Positions 20,309 through 29,003 of a DNA stretch of 64,000 nt are shown piece after piece (position 1 is the stretch's first letter; each line of letters starts with the position of its first letter). The notes under the pieces are model-generated. The model was not told where the DNA came from, did no database searches, and saw nothing but the letters and a program-made list of their open reading frames with translations. The translations under genes were made by a program, and so were the position numbers. Where the stretch lies: positions 143,266-207,265 of the forward strand of contig CAVQRL010000002.1 in the NCBI GenBank assembly GCA_963715145.1. Reading direction: 5' to 3'. Source of the DNA: an uncultured Actinomycetota bacterium (GTDB lineage Bacteria; Actinomycetota; Actinomycetes; Mycobacteriales; Mycobacteriaceae).

Positions 20309-22225
20309 TCACGGGGCGGTGTCGTCGCCCCACTCAAAGCTGTTGACGTACTTGCCCATGTCCTGGGCGAGTTGCAGGTTGGCCCCCGACGGCAGACCGG
20401 GCCCGGAGTCGGGGCCGAAGATGCGGTACGGGCCGGTCGCGAACGCCACCAGCGCCAGGTCGTTCTTCACCGCCGCCATCACCAGAATCCGCTGCCGGGT
20501 GAAGGACGCGGAGGGATTATTCGGCCAGTCGTCGGCGAGCACTCCGTAGCCCGGTTCGTAGCCGACCATTGCGTTCGGTATCTCGTAGGACACCCGGGAG
20601 TCGGGGAAGCGCTTGCGCAGGATCGACTCGACGATGTCGCGGGCGCTGCGGCCGCCGGCCGACTGGGAGAACAGTTGCATGGTGCCGGTGTCGCCGCCGA
20701 TGAACTTGGCGGTGACCCCGTTGTCGTAGAGGGTGACTTCGTAGGCCGACTCCGGCGTCGGGTAGGACACCGAGAACTCCCCGCCCGGTGCGGTGAAGCG
20801 GGGCAGCCCGGTCACCGGGATCCCGCCCGGGGGATGCCCGCATTCCGGTGGGCACATGTAGTGGGCGATCTTCGGCGTGAGAGCCAGGGTCGTCCCGACG
20901 AGCGCCACCGCCAGTGCGCCCACCGCGGTTCCCCACCGTCCGACCAGCCACCCGAATCGGGGGCGTGTCAGCGCCGGGGCGAGGTATGTCCCGGCGGGCA
21001 GCGCGTAACCCGGATAGCTGGCCTCGGAGTCCGCCGGCGGGGGGCCGGCCCCGGCGGGTTGCGGGCGGATGCTGCGGCGTTCGCGGCGGGAAGTGCGCGT
21101 GGAGGCCCGGGTGGCCGCACCGCAGGCCGGGCAGAACGTCATGTCCGGTACCACCATCTCGCAGTGGGTGCACAGCAACGGCTGGTCCGCCCGGACCGGG
21201 TCGGGCTTCTCGTGCAACAGGGCCAACTGCAGCGCCACCCGCAGGGCAACCACCGCGAGTGCCGCCGCGGTGAGATGGATTGCAAGCATGGTCAATTGGG
21301 TCAGCCCGGCGATCTCGATGGCACCGATGGCGGTGTGTCCGAGCACCACCACCGCGGCGAGCATCCCCAGCAGCAGTCGCACCCGCCGGTCGTGGTGGCC
21401 GGCCGGTGTGAACCACAGCAGGATGCCGAACAGGCCGCCGGCCGCGGCGGCGGTGACCGGCAGCGTGATCCCGCTCATGACCATCTCGGCGATCAGGCCC
21501 CGCATCGGCCGCACCCGGGCGAACAACCCGGTGCTGAATTGCGGGCCCAGCCGGACCAGGGTCGCCGCGGCGGTGAACACCAGGGCGCCGAGGGCGCCGA
21601 TGACGAAGCCGTCCAAGGACTCTCGTGTTCCCGGGCGCAGGAGTCTGATGACAGCCGCAGGAAGCAGCATCAGCAGCATCCCGGCGGCCGGGATGACGAT
21701 TCCCTGGCCGAGCAGATGATGCTGCGTCAACCCGGCGCTCAGTGAGACGTTGTACGTTTGCGCGACCAGTCCGCCGGTGAGCAGCACCCAACCGGCACCC
21801 AGGACGGCGCCCAGCAGTGCGGCCAAAACCAGTGAGGTGCGCGGGATGTCGCGGTCCAGGCTCGACGACTGCAGGTAGAGCACGAACAGCAGGGGCAGTC
21901 CGAGGGCGGACACCGCGATGCCGACGGCGGGCAGTTTCATCAGCACCGAGACCACCAGGGCGACGACGCCGACGAGCAATGTGATCCGGAACGGGGTACG
22001 TGAACGGCTGGGCAGGTGGGGGAACATCGCGCTGGCGAAGTACGGCACCAGAACGCTCTCCGACGGGGCGGCCCCGAACGTCGCGGGCCGCAACAACGTC
22101 GGCGCGTCACCGGAATCCGGGCCCAGGCCCGACCCGCACAGCCCGCAGAAGTTCCCATCCGGCACGTCGGCCCCGCAGTGCGGACAGCGCTCGGTCGGTG
22201 CGGCCTGCGATACGGCGTCGGTCAT
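20309..22225 (-). CDS. Zinc-ribbon-containing polytopic membrane protein with PrsW-like core and C-terminal extracytoplasmic domain
   Basis: CPHC..CGLC and CTHC..CPAC ribbons; about 9 TM segments; ESLDGFVIGALGALVF resembles the PrsW DG..G...F helix. Confidence 0.7.
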   Translation of the reverse strand: MTDAVSQAAPTERCPHCGADVPDGNFCGLCGSGLGPDSGDAPTLLRPATFGAAPSESVLVPYFASAMFPHLPSRSRTPFRITLLVGVVALVVSVLMKLPAVGIAVSALGLPLLFVLYLQSSSLDRDIPRTSLVLAALLGAVLGAGWVLLTGGLVAQTYNVSLSAGLTQHHLLGQGIVIPAAGMLLMLLPAAVIRLLRPGTRESLDGFVIGALGALVFTAAATLVRLGPQFSTGLFARVRPMRGLIAEMVMSGITLPVTAAAAGGLFGILLWFTPAGHHDRRVRLLLGMLAAVVVLGHTAIGAIEIAGLTQLTMLAIHLTAAALAVVALRVALQLALLHEKPDPVRADQPLLCTHCEMVVPDMTFCPACGAATRASTRTSRRERRSIRPQPAGAGPPPADSEASYPGYALPAGTYLAPALTRPRFGWLVGRWGTAVGALAVALVGTTLALTPKIAHYMCPPECGHPPGGIPVTGLPRFTAPGGEFSVSYPTPESAYEVTLYDNGVTAKFIGGDTGTMQLFSQSAGGRSARDIVESILRKRFPDSRVSYEIPNAMVGYEPGYGVLADDWPNNPSASFTRQRILVMAAVKNDLALVAFATGPYRIFGPDSGPGLPSGANLQLAQDMGKYVNSFEWGDDTAP

Positions 22226-23847
22226 CTCAGCAACCCCTGGGTGGCGAACAGGACTTTGGCGAGGTTGTCCACGTTGGGTGTGCCCAGCCCGGTCACCAGG
22301 TCATATCCCGGTCCGGCGTCGTAGATGGCATTACCGCCGCGAACCACATCGTGGAATGCCGGCAGCCGCGAACCCGCGGATGCCCGGTACAGCAGCGGGT
22401 TGAGATCGCCGAGTGGTGGGCCGCCGCGCTGGGTGAGGTACTGGTTGATCACCGCGGCGATCCCGGCCCACAGCGGTGCCGACAACGAGGTCCCGCCGCC
22501 GACGATCACCTGCTGGTTGAACACGATCTTCACGCCGGTGAACGGGTCGGCCACCGCTGAAATATCGGGCGTCAGGCGCTTTCCGGCGCCGTCGTCGAGT
22601 TTGAGTCCCGCCTGCCACGGCGGCCGTTCGAAGAGGGCCGACACCCCGCCGGCAGTGCCCTGCGACAGCGGGGCGTCGAACCAGGCCTTCTCGTCGAGCC
22701 AGGATCCGGAGCTGTCGGTGGACAGCGTGGTTCCGCCGACGTTCGTCATCTCGGGCATGGAGGCAACCGCATCCAAGCCGATGTTGTCGGCATGCGGGGG
22801 AGACGACCACTCCTCGCCCCCCTTGCACTCCAGGCCGGCGAGATCGCCGCTGGCGTCGAATGCGGAGGTGCCGTTGCGCTGGGCGGCGGCCAGGGCGGCC
22901 CGGACGGGGACCAAGTCGGCTGCGGTGATCAGCTTGTCGCAGCCCCAGCCGATCGACAGGGTCCACACCGCCCCGGGGTAGCGCCGGTCGGTGTCCTCCA
23001 TCATCTGCGCGATCTTGCGGTACGCGCCGTCGCCCTCCACCGTCGGACGGGCGTTGACCAGAACCTTTTTCGCGTCCGGGGCGATGGCGTGGACGGCCTG
23101 CAGGTCCATGGTCGCCTCACCCCGCCGGGCCGGTGGTTGACCGCCCACCACATCGGGGGTGAATCGGGGCAGTGCGAACGTGTCGGCGAACATGTCGAGA
23201 TCGGCCTGATCGAACCCGTCGAACGCGAACACGACCACCGTCGTCCCCTTGCCGGTGAAACCGGCCTCCCGCATCGGTCCGATGTTGTACGCGCGCAACA
23301 ACGTTGGGGGTGTCAAGCCCTGTCCGGGCACCTCCAGCGGCAACTGCCAGCGGTCGGCCTCGCGGTGGGGCGTGTAGCCGAGGACGCGTCCGACGCCGGC
23401 CACCTCCCGGGTCAGTGCGGCCGGCACGTGCGGTTGTTGGGGCGAGGCGTAGAACACCTGGCCGTGCGTTCCGCGGTAATCGTGAATGTCGACGGCCAGA
23501 GCGCGGGCGAGGGCGGGGGCCGCGCCTTCGACGAACGCCCACTCGTCCCCGGCGTCCCAGCGCACCGTCAGGCCGTTCTCGTGGCCCCATCCGAGCAACC
23601 GCTCGGGCCGGGAATCGCCGTGCAGTGCGACCGTCACCTGCACCGTCGAGTCGCGCGCCGGACCGAGGTCGGAGGATGCGTCCAGCAGTGCCGCATACGG
23701 GCCGGCGATCCGGTCGGCAGGAGCGGAGCGTGTGACGACGCCGACCGTGGCCGCGACGGTCACGGCGGCCAGTGCGGCCGCGGTCAACGCCCGTCGCTTG
23801 CTCGTGATCGGCGCCGGCATCCTCAGCCGCCGGAGTGCCGAGGTCAT
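22222..23847 (-). CDS. Secreted S53 (sedolisin/kumamolisin) peptidase
   Basis: Signal peptide and prodomain; EATMD (Glu/Asp), ASGD oxyanion Asp, GGTS Ser, YDLVTGLGTP; GGAGG SD before ATG 23847. Confidence 0.9.
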   Translation of the reverse strand: MTSALRRLRMPAPITSKRRALTAAALAAVTVAATVGVVTRSAPADRIAGPYAALLDASSDLGPARDSTVQVTVALHGDSRPERLLGWGHENGLTVRWDAGDEWAFVEGAAPALARALAVDIHDYRGTHGQVFYASPQQPHVPAALTREVAGVGRVLGYTPHREADRWQLPLEVPGQGLTPPTLLRAYNIGPMREAGFTGKGTTVVVFAFDGFDQADLDMFADTFALPRFTPDVVGGQPPARRGEATMDLQAVHAIAPDAKKVLVNARPTVEGDGAYRKIAQMMEDTDRRYPGAVWTLSIGWGCDKLITAADLVPVRAALAAAQRNGTSAFDASGDLAGLECKGGEEWSSPPHADNIGLDAVASMPEMTNVGGTTLSTDSSGSWLDEKAWFDAPLSQGTAGGVSALFERPPWQAGLKLDDGAGKRLTPDISAVADPFTGVKIVFNQQVIVGGGTSLSAPLWAGIAAVINQYLTQRGGPPLGDLNPLLYRASAGSRLPAFHDVVRGGNAIYDAGPGYDLVTGLGTPNVDNLAKVLFATQGLLR

Positions 23848-24014
23848 CGTTGAATCCTCCCTGCTGTGGGCCCTCATTCCGACTGTAGAGGGTGTTCGTC
23901 GCTTCCCGGGGCCACAGCCGACACTCCGTGGGGTGAGCCTGGTGGTGTGGTCAATCCCGGTGTGTCGGGCCGATGACCGGTCGTCGGGAGCGGCGGCGGT
24001 CCTACTCTGATCGG

Positions 24015-24413
24015 GTGCGGATCCTTGCCCTGCTGCCGATGCTGACGGCCGGCCTGGGCCTGGCCTGTGCGCTGTGGCCGGCGGCCCGCCGCATCATCTG
24101 GCCGGTGGTGGGACTGGCGGCGGTCAACGTCGTGTTGACCCCGTTCACCAGCGGGGAGTGGTTCTATCAGCATGCGGAGGGCCGGTCCTACCAGGAGGCG
24201 GTCGCCCGGGGGGATTTCGGGTCGTTCGACAGCCTGCTCGGCCAGCACGACCCGCACCTGTTCCGCAGGATGGTCGTCATCGCGGTGTGCCTGCTGGCGG
24301 CACTGGTCGCGCTCGCGGCGGTGACACCCCGGCGGGGTTCGGCACTGGCCGGCGGGGCGGTCCTGCTGGCCGCCGCGGCGACCCTGATCCAGGGATTCCT
24401 CCTGGTCACCTGA
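24015..24413 (+). CDS. Hypothetical membrane protein
   Basis: About 4 hydrophobic segments; TACTCT -10 at 24003-24008 suggests a leaderless GTG at 24015. Confidence 0.6.
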   Translation: MRILALLPMLTAGLGLACALWPAARRIIWPVVGLAAVNVVLTPFTSGEWFYQHAEGRSYQEAVARGDFGSFDSLLGQHDPHLFRRMVVIAVCLLAALVALAAVTPRRGSALAGGAVLLAAAATLIQGFLLVT

Positions 24414-24463
24414 GCTCACGCGGCCTGGGGTGCGGCGCCGGTGCGATGTGCAAAACTCGCGGG

Positions 24464-25843
24464 ATGAATTCCGTTGAGAACCAGGCGCTCACCCTGTGCA
24501 GCCTGGGCGGTGCCGGCACCGTCACCGGGTCCAAACACCTGCTGGAATCCGGCGGCACACGAATCCTGGTGGACTGCGGACTGTTCCAGGGGGTGAAGAA
24601 CCTCCGCGAGCTCAACTGGGCGCCGCTGGCGGTGGATCCGCAGAGCATCGACGCCGTCATCGTCACCCACGCCCACCTCGATCACACCGGCTACCTGCCG
24701 CGGTTGGTGCGCGACGGATTCCGCGGCCCGATCGTGTCCACCAAGGGGACCGCCGCCGTCGCCGCGATCATCCTGCGCGACAGCGCCTACCTGCAGGAGC
24801 GCGACGCCGCATTCCTCAACAAGCACAAGGCCTCCAAGCACCACCCCGCCCAGCCGTTGTACGACAGCGACGACGCCCGCCGGGCCATCGAGTTGTTCGA
24901 CACTCACCCGTTCGGGCGGGAGTTCACCCTCCAGGCCGGTCCGGTGGTGACCTTCCGGCGCGCCGGGCACATCCTCGGGGCGGCCACGGTCGACGTGTCG
25001 TGGCAGGGCCGCCGGATCGTGTTCACCGGCGATCTGGGGCGCTATGACGACCCGATCATGTTCGACCCGGAACCGGTGTCGACGACGGACTACCTGGTGA
25101 TGGAGTCCACCTACGGCGACCGGGTGCGCGAGGCCACCGACCCGGTCGACGTGCTGGCCGAGGTCATCGACGCGACGGTGGCCCGCGGCGGCACCGTGGT
25201 GGTGCCGGCGTTCGCGGTGGGCCGGGCGCAGACGTTGCTCTACTACATGTGGACGCTGCGCGAGGCCGGACGGCTGCCCGACGTCCCGGTCTACCTGGAC
25301 AGTCCGATGGCGATCAACGCCAGCGACCTGCTGGGCACCTTCTCCGGCGACCACCGGTTGGCGCCGGGGGTTTACGAGGCGATGTGCGATATGGCCACCT
25401 ACACCCGCGACCCCGAGCAGTCGATGAAGATCTCGGCCAGTCGTGAGCCCAAGATCGTCATCTCGGCCAGCGGCATGGCCACCGGCGGCCGAATCCTGCA
25501 CCACCTCAAGGCATTTGCGCCGGATCCGCGCAACACCATCATGATCACCGGCTACCAGGTCCCCGGCACCCGCGGTGCCTCGATCATCGCCGGTGAGGAG
25601 CGGGTCCGCATCTACGGGGAGTGGGTTCCGATCAACGCGCAGGTCGCCAACCTGGCCATGCTGTCGGCGCACGCCGACGCCGGCGAACTCCTGCGCTGGG
25701 CCAGGGGGTTCACCGCGCCGCCCAAGGAGGTGTTCGTGGTGCACGGGGAACCCCAGCCGGCCGACACGCTGCGGCGCCGCCTGGACCACGAACTCGGCTG
25801 GCGGGCAACGGTGCCCAGGCTCAATCAGGTGTTCGAGCTGTAG
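24464..25843 (+). CDS. MBL-fold beta-CASP ribonuclease
   Basis: LGGAGTVTGS, DCGLFQG, THAHLDH, AGHILG, TGDLG, MESTYG, FAVGRAQ, SASGM, SAHAD, VHGE. Confidence 0.92.
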   Translation: MNSVENQALTLCSLGGAGTVTGSKHLLESGGTRILVDCGLFQGVKNLRELNWAPLAVDPQSIDAVIVTHAHLDHTGYLPRLVRDGFRGPIVSTKGTAAVAAIILRDSAYLQERDAAFLNKHKASKHHPAQPLYDSDDARRAIELFDTHPFGREFTLQAGPVVTFRRAGHILGAATVDVSWQGRRIVFTGDLGRYDDPIMFDPEPVSTTDYLVMESTYGDRVREATDPVDVLAEVIDATVARGGTVVVPAFAVGRAQTLLYYMWTLREAGRLPDVPVYLDSPMAINASDLLGTFSGDHRLAPGVYEAMCDMATYTRDPEQSMKISASREPKIVISASGMATGGRILHHLKAFAPDPRNTIMITGYQVPGTRGASIIAGEERVRIYGEWVPINAQVANLAMLSAHADAGELLRWARGFTAPPKEVFVVHGEPQPADTLRRRLDHELGWRATVPRLNQVFEL

Positions 25844-25904
25844 TCCGCGCCCGCATCGGGACTCGGCGCGCTGCTACCGGGTTCTGTCAGACCCTCGTGG
25901 TGTC

Positions 25905-28900
25905 ATGCCTGCCATGACCGATCCGACGTCCCCGGCCCTGATAGGTCCCGGCGCGCGCGGAACCATTCGGGTGCTCGGCGGTCCGGGCACCGGCAAGAGC
26001 ACCCTGCTGATCGAGACCGCCGCCGCGCACATCGCCGACCGGCTCGATCCGGCGTCGGTGCTGCTGCTGACCGGGTCGGGCCGGCTGGCCGCCGCCGCCC
26101 GCGGTGCGCTGACGGCCCGGCTTCTCGGGGCGCGATCCGGGGACCTGACGGTGGTGCGCGAGCCGGTGGTGCGCTCGGTGCACAGCTACGCCTTCTCGGT
26201 GCTGCGGATGGCCGCCGCCCGCGCCGGTGATCCGCCGCCGCGTCTGGTCACCGGGGCCGAGCAGGACGGCATCATCCGGGAACTGCTCGCCGGCGACCTG
26301 CAGGACGGGGCGTCGGCCTGGCCGCGGGAACTGCGCGCGGCGCTGACCACCGCCGGGTTCGCCACCGAACTGCGCGACCTGCTGGCCCGCTGCGCCGAGC
26401 GCGGGGTGGATCCGACGGAGCTGCGCCGCCTCGGCCGGGAGTCCGGCCGGCCCGAATGGGTCGCCGCCGGCCGCTTCGCGCGGCAGTACGAGCAGGTGAT
26501 GTTGCTGCGCGCCTCGGTCGGGACCGCCGCGCCGCAGGCGACGGTGCCCGCATTGGGCGCCGCCGAACTGGTCGGCGCGGCGCTGGAGGCACTCGCCGCC
26601 GACGCCGACCTGCTGGCGGCCGAACGGGCCCGGATCCGGCTGCTGCTCGTCGACGACGCCCAGCATCTCGATCCGCAGGCCGCGCTGCTGGTCCGGGTGC
26701 TGGCGGCCGGGGCCGATCTGGCTCTGCTCGCCGGCGACCCGAACCAGGCGGTGTTCGGCTTCCGCGGCGCCGACCCGGCGATGCTGATGTCCGGCGGGGG
26801 AGAGGTGCTGCGGTTGTCGCGCTCCTACCGCTGCGCCCCGGCGATCGCCCGGGCGGTCAGCGGGATGGCGGCGGCGCTGCCCCACACCGCGTGGCGGGCC
26901 ATGGACGGCGCCGCCGGCGACGAGGGTTCGGTCACCGTCCGGGTCGCCGACTCGTCGCACGCCGAGACCGCGATGATCGCCGACGCGCTGCGCCGCGCCC
27001 ACCTCCTCGACGGGGTGCCGTGGTCGCAGATGGCGGTGATCGTCCGTTCCCCTTCGGCCGCCGAAGGCCTCCCGCGGGCCCTCGCGGTGGCCGGTGTCCC
27101 GGTCAGTGAACCGACGACCGGCGGCCCGATCGGCGAGCAGCCCGCCGCCCGCGCGCTGCTGACCGTACTGGCGGCCACCGCACGCGGGCTCGACGGCGAG
27201 CAGGCGCTGGCGCTGCTGGGCGGCCCCATCGGCCGGATGGACCCGGTCACGCTGCGCCAGTTGCGCCGTGCGCTGCGCCGTGCCGCCGGGGATCCGAACC
27301 GGCCCGCGGCCGCGCTGCTGACCGACGCGCTCACCGGCCGGCGCCCACAGCTGCCACCCACCCTGGCCGGGCCGGTCAATCGGGTGCGGGGGGTGCTGTC
27401 CGCCGCGGCCCGCGGCCACCACGCCAACAACGATCCGCGCCACACCCTCTGGCAGGCCTGGGAGCGCAGCGGTCTGCAGCGGCGCTGGCTGGCCGCCGCC
27501 GAGCGCGGCGGGGTCGAGGGCGCGCCGGCCGAGCGCAACCTCGGCGCGGTGACAGCGCTGTTCGACATCGCCGACGAGTACGTCACCCGCACCACGGGAG
27601 CGTCGCTGACCGGTCTGCTCGACCACGTCGACGCCCTGACCCTGGCGCCGGTCATCGACGACCTGCCCGCCGGTGAGACGGTGGCGGTGCTCAGCCCACA
27701 CGCCGCGCTGCACCGTGACTGGGACGTGGTGGTCATCGCCGGTCTGCAGGATGGCCTGTGGCCCAACACCACTCCGCGCGGCGGCGTGCTGGGCACCCAG
27801 CGACTGCTCGACGTTCTCGACGGCCTCGGCGACGAGGTGTCCGCGCGGGCGCCGCTGCTGGCCGAGGAGCGCCGACTGCTCATCGCGGCGATGGGACGAG
27901 CCCGCCGCAGGCTGCTGATCACCGCCGTCGACAGCGACGCCGGTGATGACGTCAGTCTGCCTTCGCCGTTCGTCGCGGAGCTGGCGGTCCTCGCCGGGGG
28001 TTGCGTCGATCACCCGCCGCGCCCGGCGCCCGCCCCGCCGGTGCTGTCCGTCGCGGCGGTCATCGGGCGTCTGCGGGCTGCGGTCTGCGCCCCTACCGGT
28101 GCCATCAACGACAATGAGCGCGCCTGCGCCGCAGAACAATTGGCCCGACTGGCCGCTGCCGGGGTTCCCGGCGCCGACCCGGCCGGGTGGCAGGGTCTGG
28201 CGGAACTGAGCACATCCGAGCCGCTGTGGAGCGGGGATGGGCACACCGTCAGCCTGAGCCCCTCGACGCTGCAGACGCTCACCGACTGCCCGCTGCGCTG
28301 GATGGCCGAACGGCACGGCGGTACCGGGGCGCGGGCCCTGAACTCCACGCTGGGCTCACTGGTGCACGCCCTGCTCGCCGACCCGGGCAAGACCGAGGAC
28401 CAATTGGTTGCCGAGCTGGAAAACCTTTGGGCCGCTGTGCCGTTCGCTGCGCCCTGGTATGCGGCCAATGAGCTCGAGCGCCACCGCGCGATGATCGCGG
28501 CCTTCCTCGCCTGGCGGGCGGCCACCCGCCACGAGCTCACCGAGCTGGGCACCGAGGTGGCGCTGGAGGGAACGCTCGCCGAGCCGGTCGACGGGTCACC
28601 GGGCGTGCGGGTCCGCGGCCGCATCGACCGGCTGGAGCGCGACGCGCAGGGCCGCATCGTCGTCGTCGACGTCAAGACCGCCAAGACCCCGGTCACCAAG
28701 GACGACGCCCAGCACCACGCACAGCTGGGCCTCTACCAGCTCGCGGTGTCGGCGGGTTTACTGCCCGACGGCGACCAACCCGGCGGCGGGCGGCTGGTCT
28801 ACGTCGGCAAGCCCTCGGCCGGCGGCGCCACCGAACGCGAGCAGACGGCCCTGGGTCCCGACGACACCCCCGGCTGGCATGACACCGTGCGCGCCGCCGC

Positions 28901-29003
28901 GGCCGCCACCGCCGGTCCGCGGTTCACCGCCCGGGTGAACGACGGGTGCGCGCACTGCCCGGTGCGCCCGTCCTGCCCCGCGCACAACCGGGAGGGATCG
29001 TGA
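25905..29003 (+). CDS. adnA: Helicase-nuclease subunit AdnA
   Basis: GGPGTGKS, degenerate DDAQ, RGRIDR..VDVKT nuclease, CPLRW..CAHCPVRPSC Fe-S ligands. Confidence 0.92.
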   Translation: MPAMTDPTSPALIGPGARGTIRVLGGPGTGKSTLLIETAAAHIADRLDPASVLLLTGSGRLAAAARGALTARLLGARSGDLTVVREPVVRSVHSYAFSVLRMAAARAGDPPPRLVTGAEQDGIIRELLAGDLQDGASAWPRELRAALTTAGFATELRDLLARCAERGVDPTELRRLGRESGRPEWVAAGRFARQYEQVMLLRASVGTAAPQATVPALGAAELVGAALEALAADADLLAAERARIRLLLVDDAQHLDPQAALLVRVLAAGADLALLAGDPNQAVFGFRGADPAMLMSGGGEVLRLSRSYRCAPAIARAVSGMAAALPHTAWRAMDGAAGDEGSVTVRVADSSHAETAMIADALRRAHLLDGVPWSQMAVIVRSPSAAEGLPRALAVAGVPVSEPTTGGPIGEQPAARALLTVLAATARGLDGEQALALLGGPIGRMDPVTLRQLRRALRRAAGDPNRPAAALLTDALTGRRPQLPPTLAGPVNRVRGVLSAAARGHHANNDPRHTLWQAWERSGLQRRWLAAAERGGVEGAPAERNLGAVTALFDIADEYVTRTTGASLTGLLDHVDALTLAPVIDDLPAGETVAVLSPHAALHRDWDVVVIAGLQDGLWPNTTPRGGVLGTQRLLDVLDGLGDEVSARAPLLAEERRLLIAAMGRARRRLLITAVDSDAGDDVSLPSPFVAELAVLAGGCVDHPPRPAPAPPVLSVAAVIGRLRAAVCAPTGAINDNERACAAEQLARLAAAGVPGADPAGWQGLAELSTSEPLWSGDGHTVSLSPSTLQTLTDCPLRWMAERHGGTGARALNSTLGSLVHALLADPGKTEDQLVAELENLWAAVPFAAPWYAANELERHRAMIAAFLAWRAATRHELTELGTEVALEGTLAEPVDGSPGVRVRGRIDRLERDAQGRIVVVDVKTAKTPVTKDDAQHHAQLGLYQLAVSAGLLPDGDQPGGGRLVYVGKPSAGGATEREQTALGPDDTPGWHDTVRAAAAATAGPRFTARVNDGCAHCPVRPSCPAHNREGS

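Noticed and set aside
25887-28316. 809-aa minus-strand ORF, and similar long shadow ORFs at 40387-42681, 55813-57951, 19769-21745, 11609-13390 and 49201-51006
   Set aside because: Antisense or off-frame to well-supported genes; expected in high-GC DNA with few stop codons; no recognisable motifs
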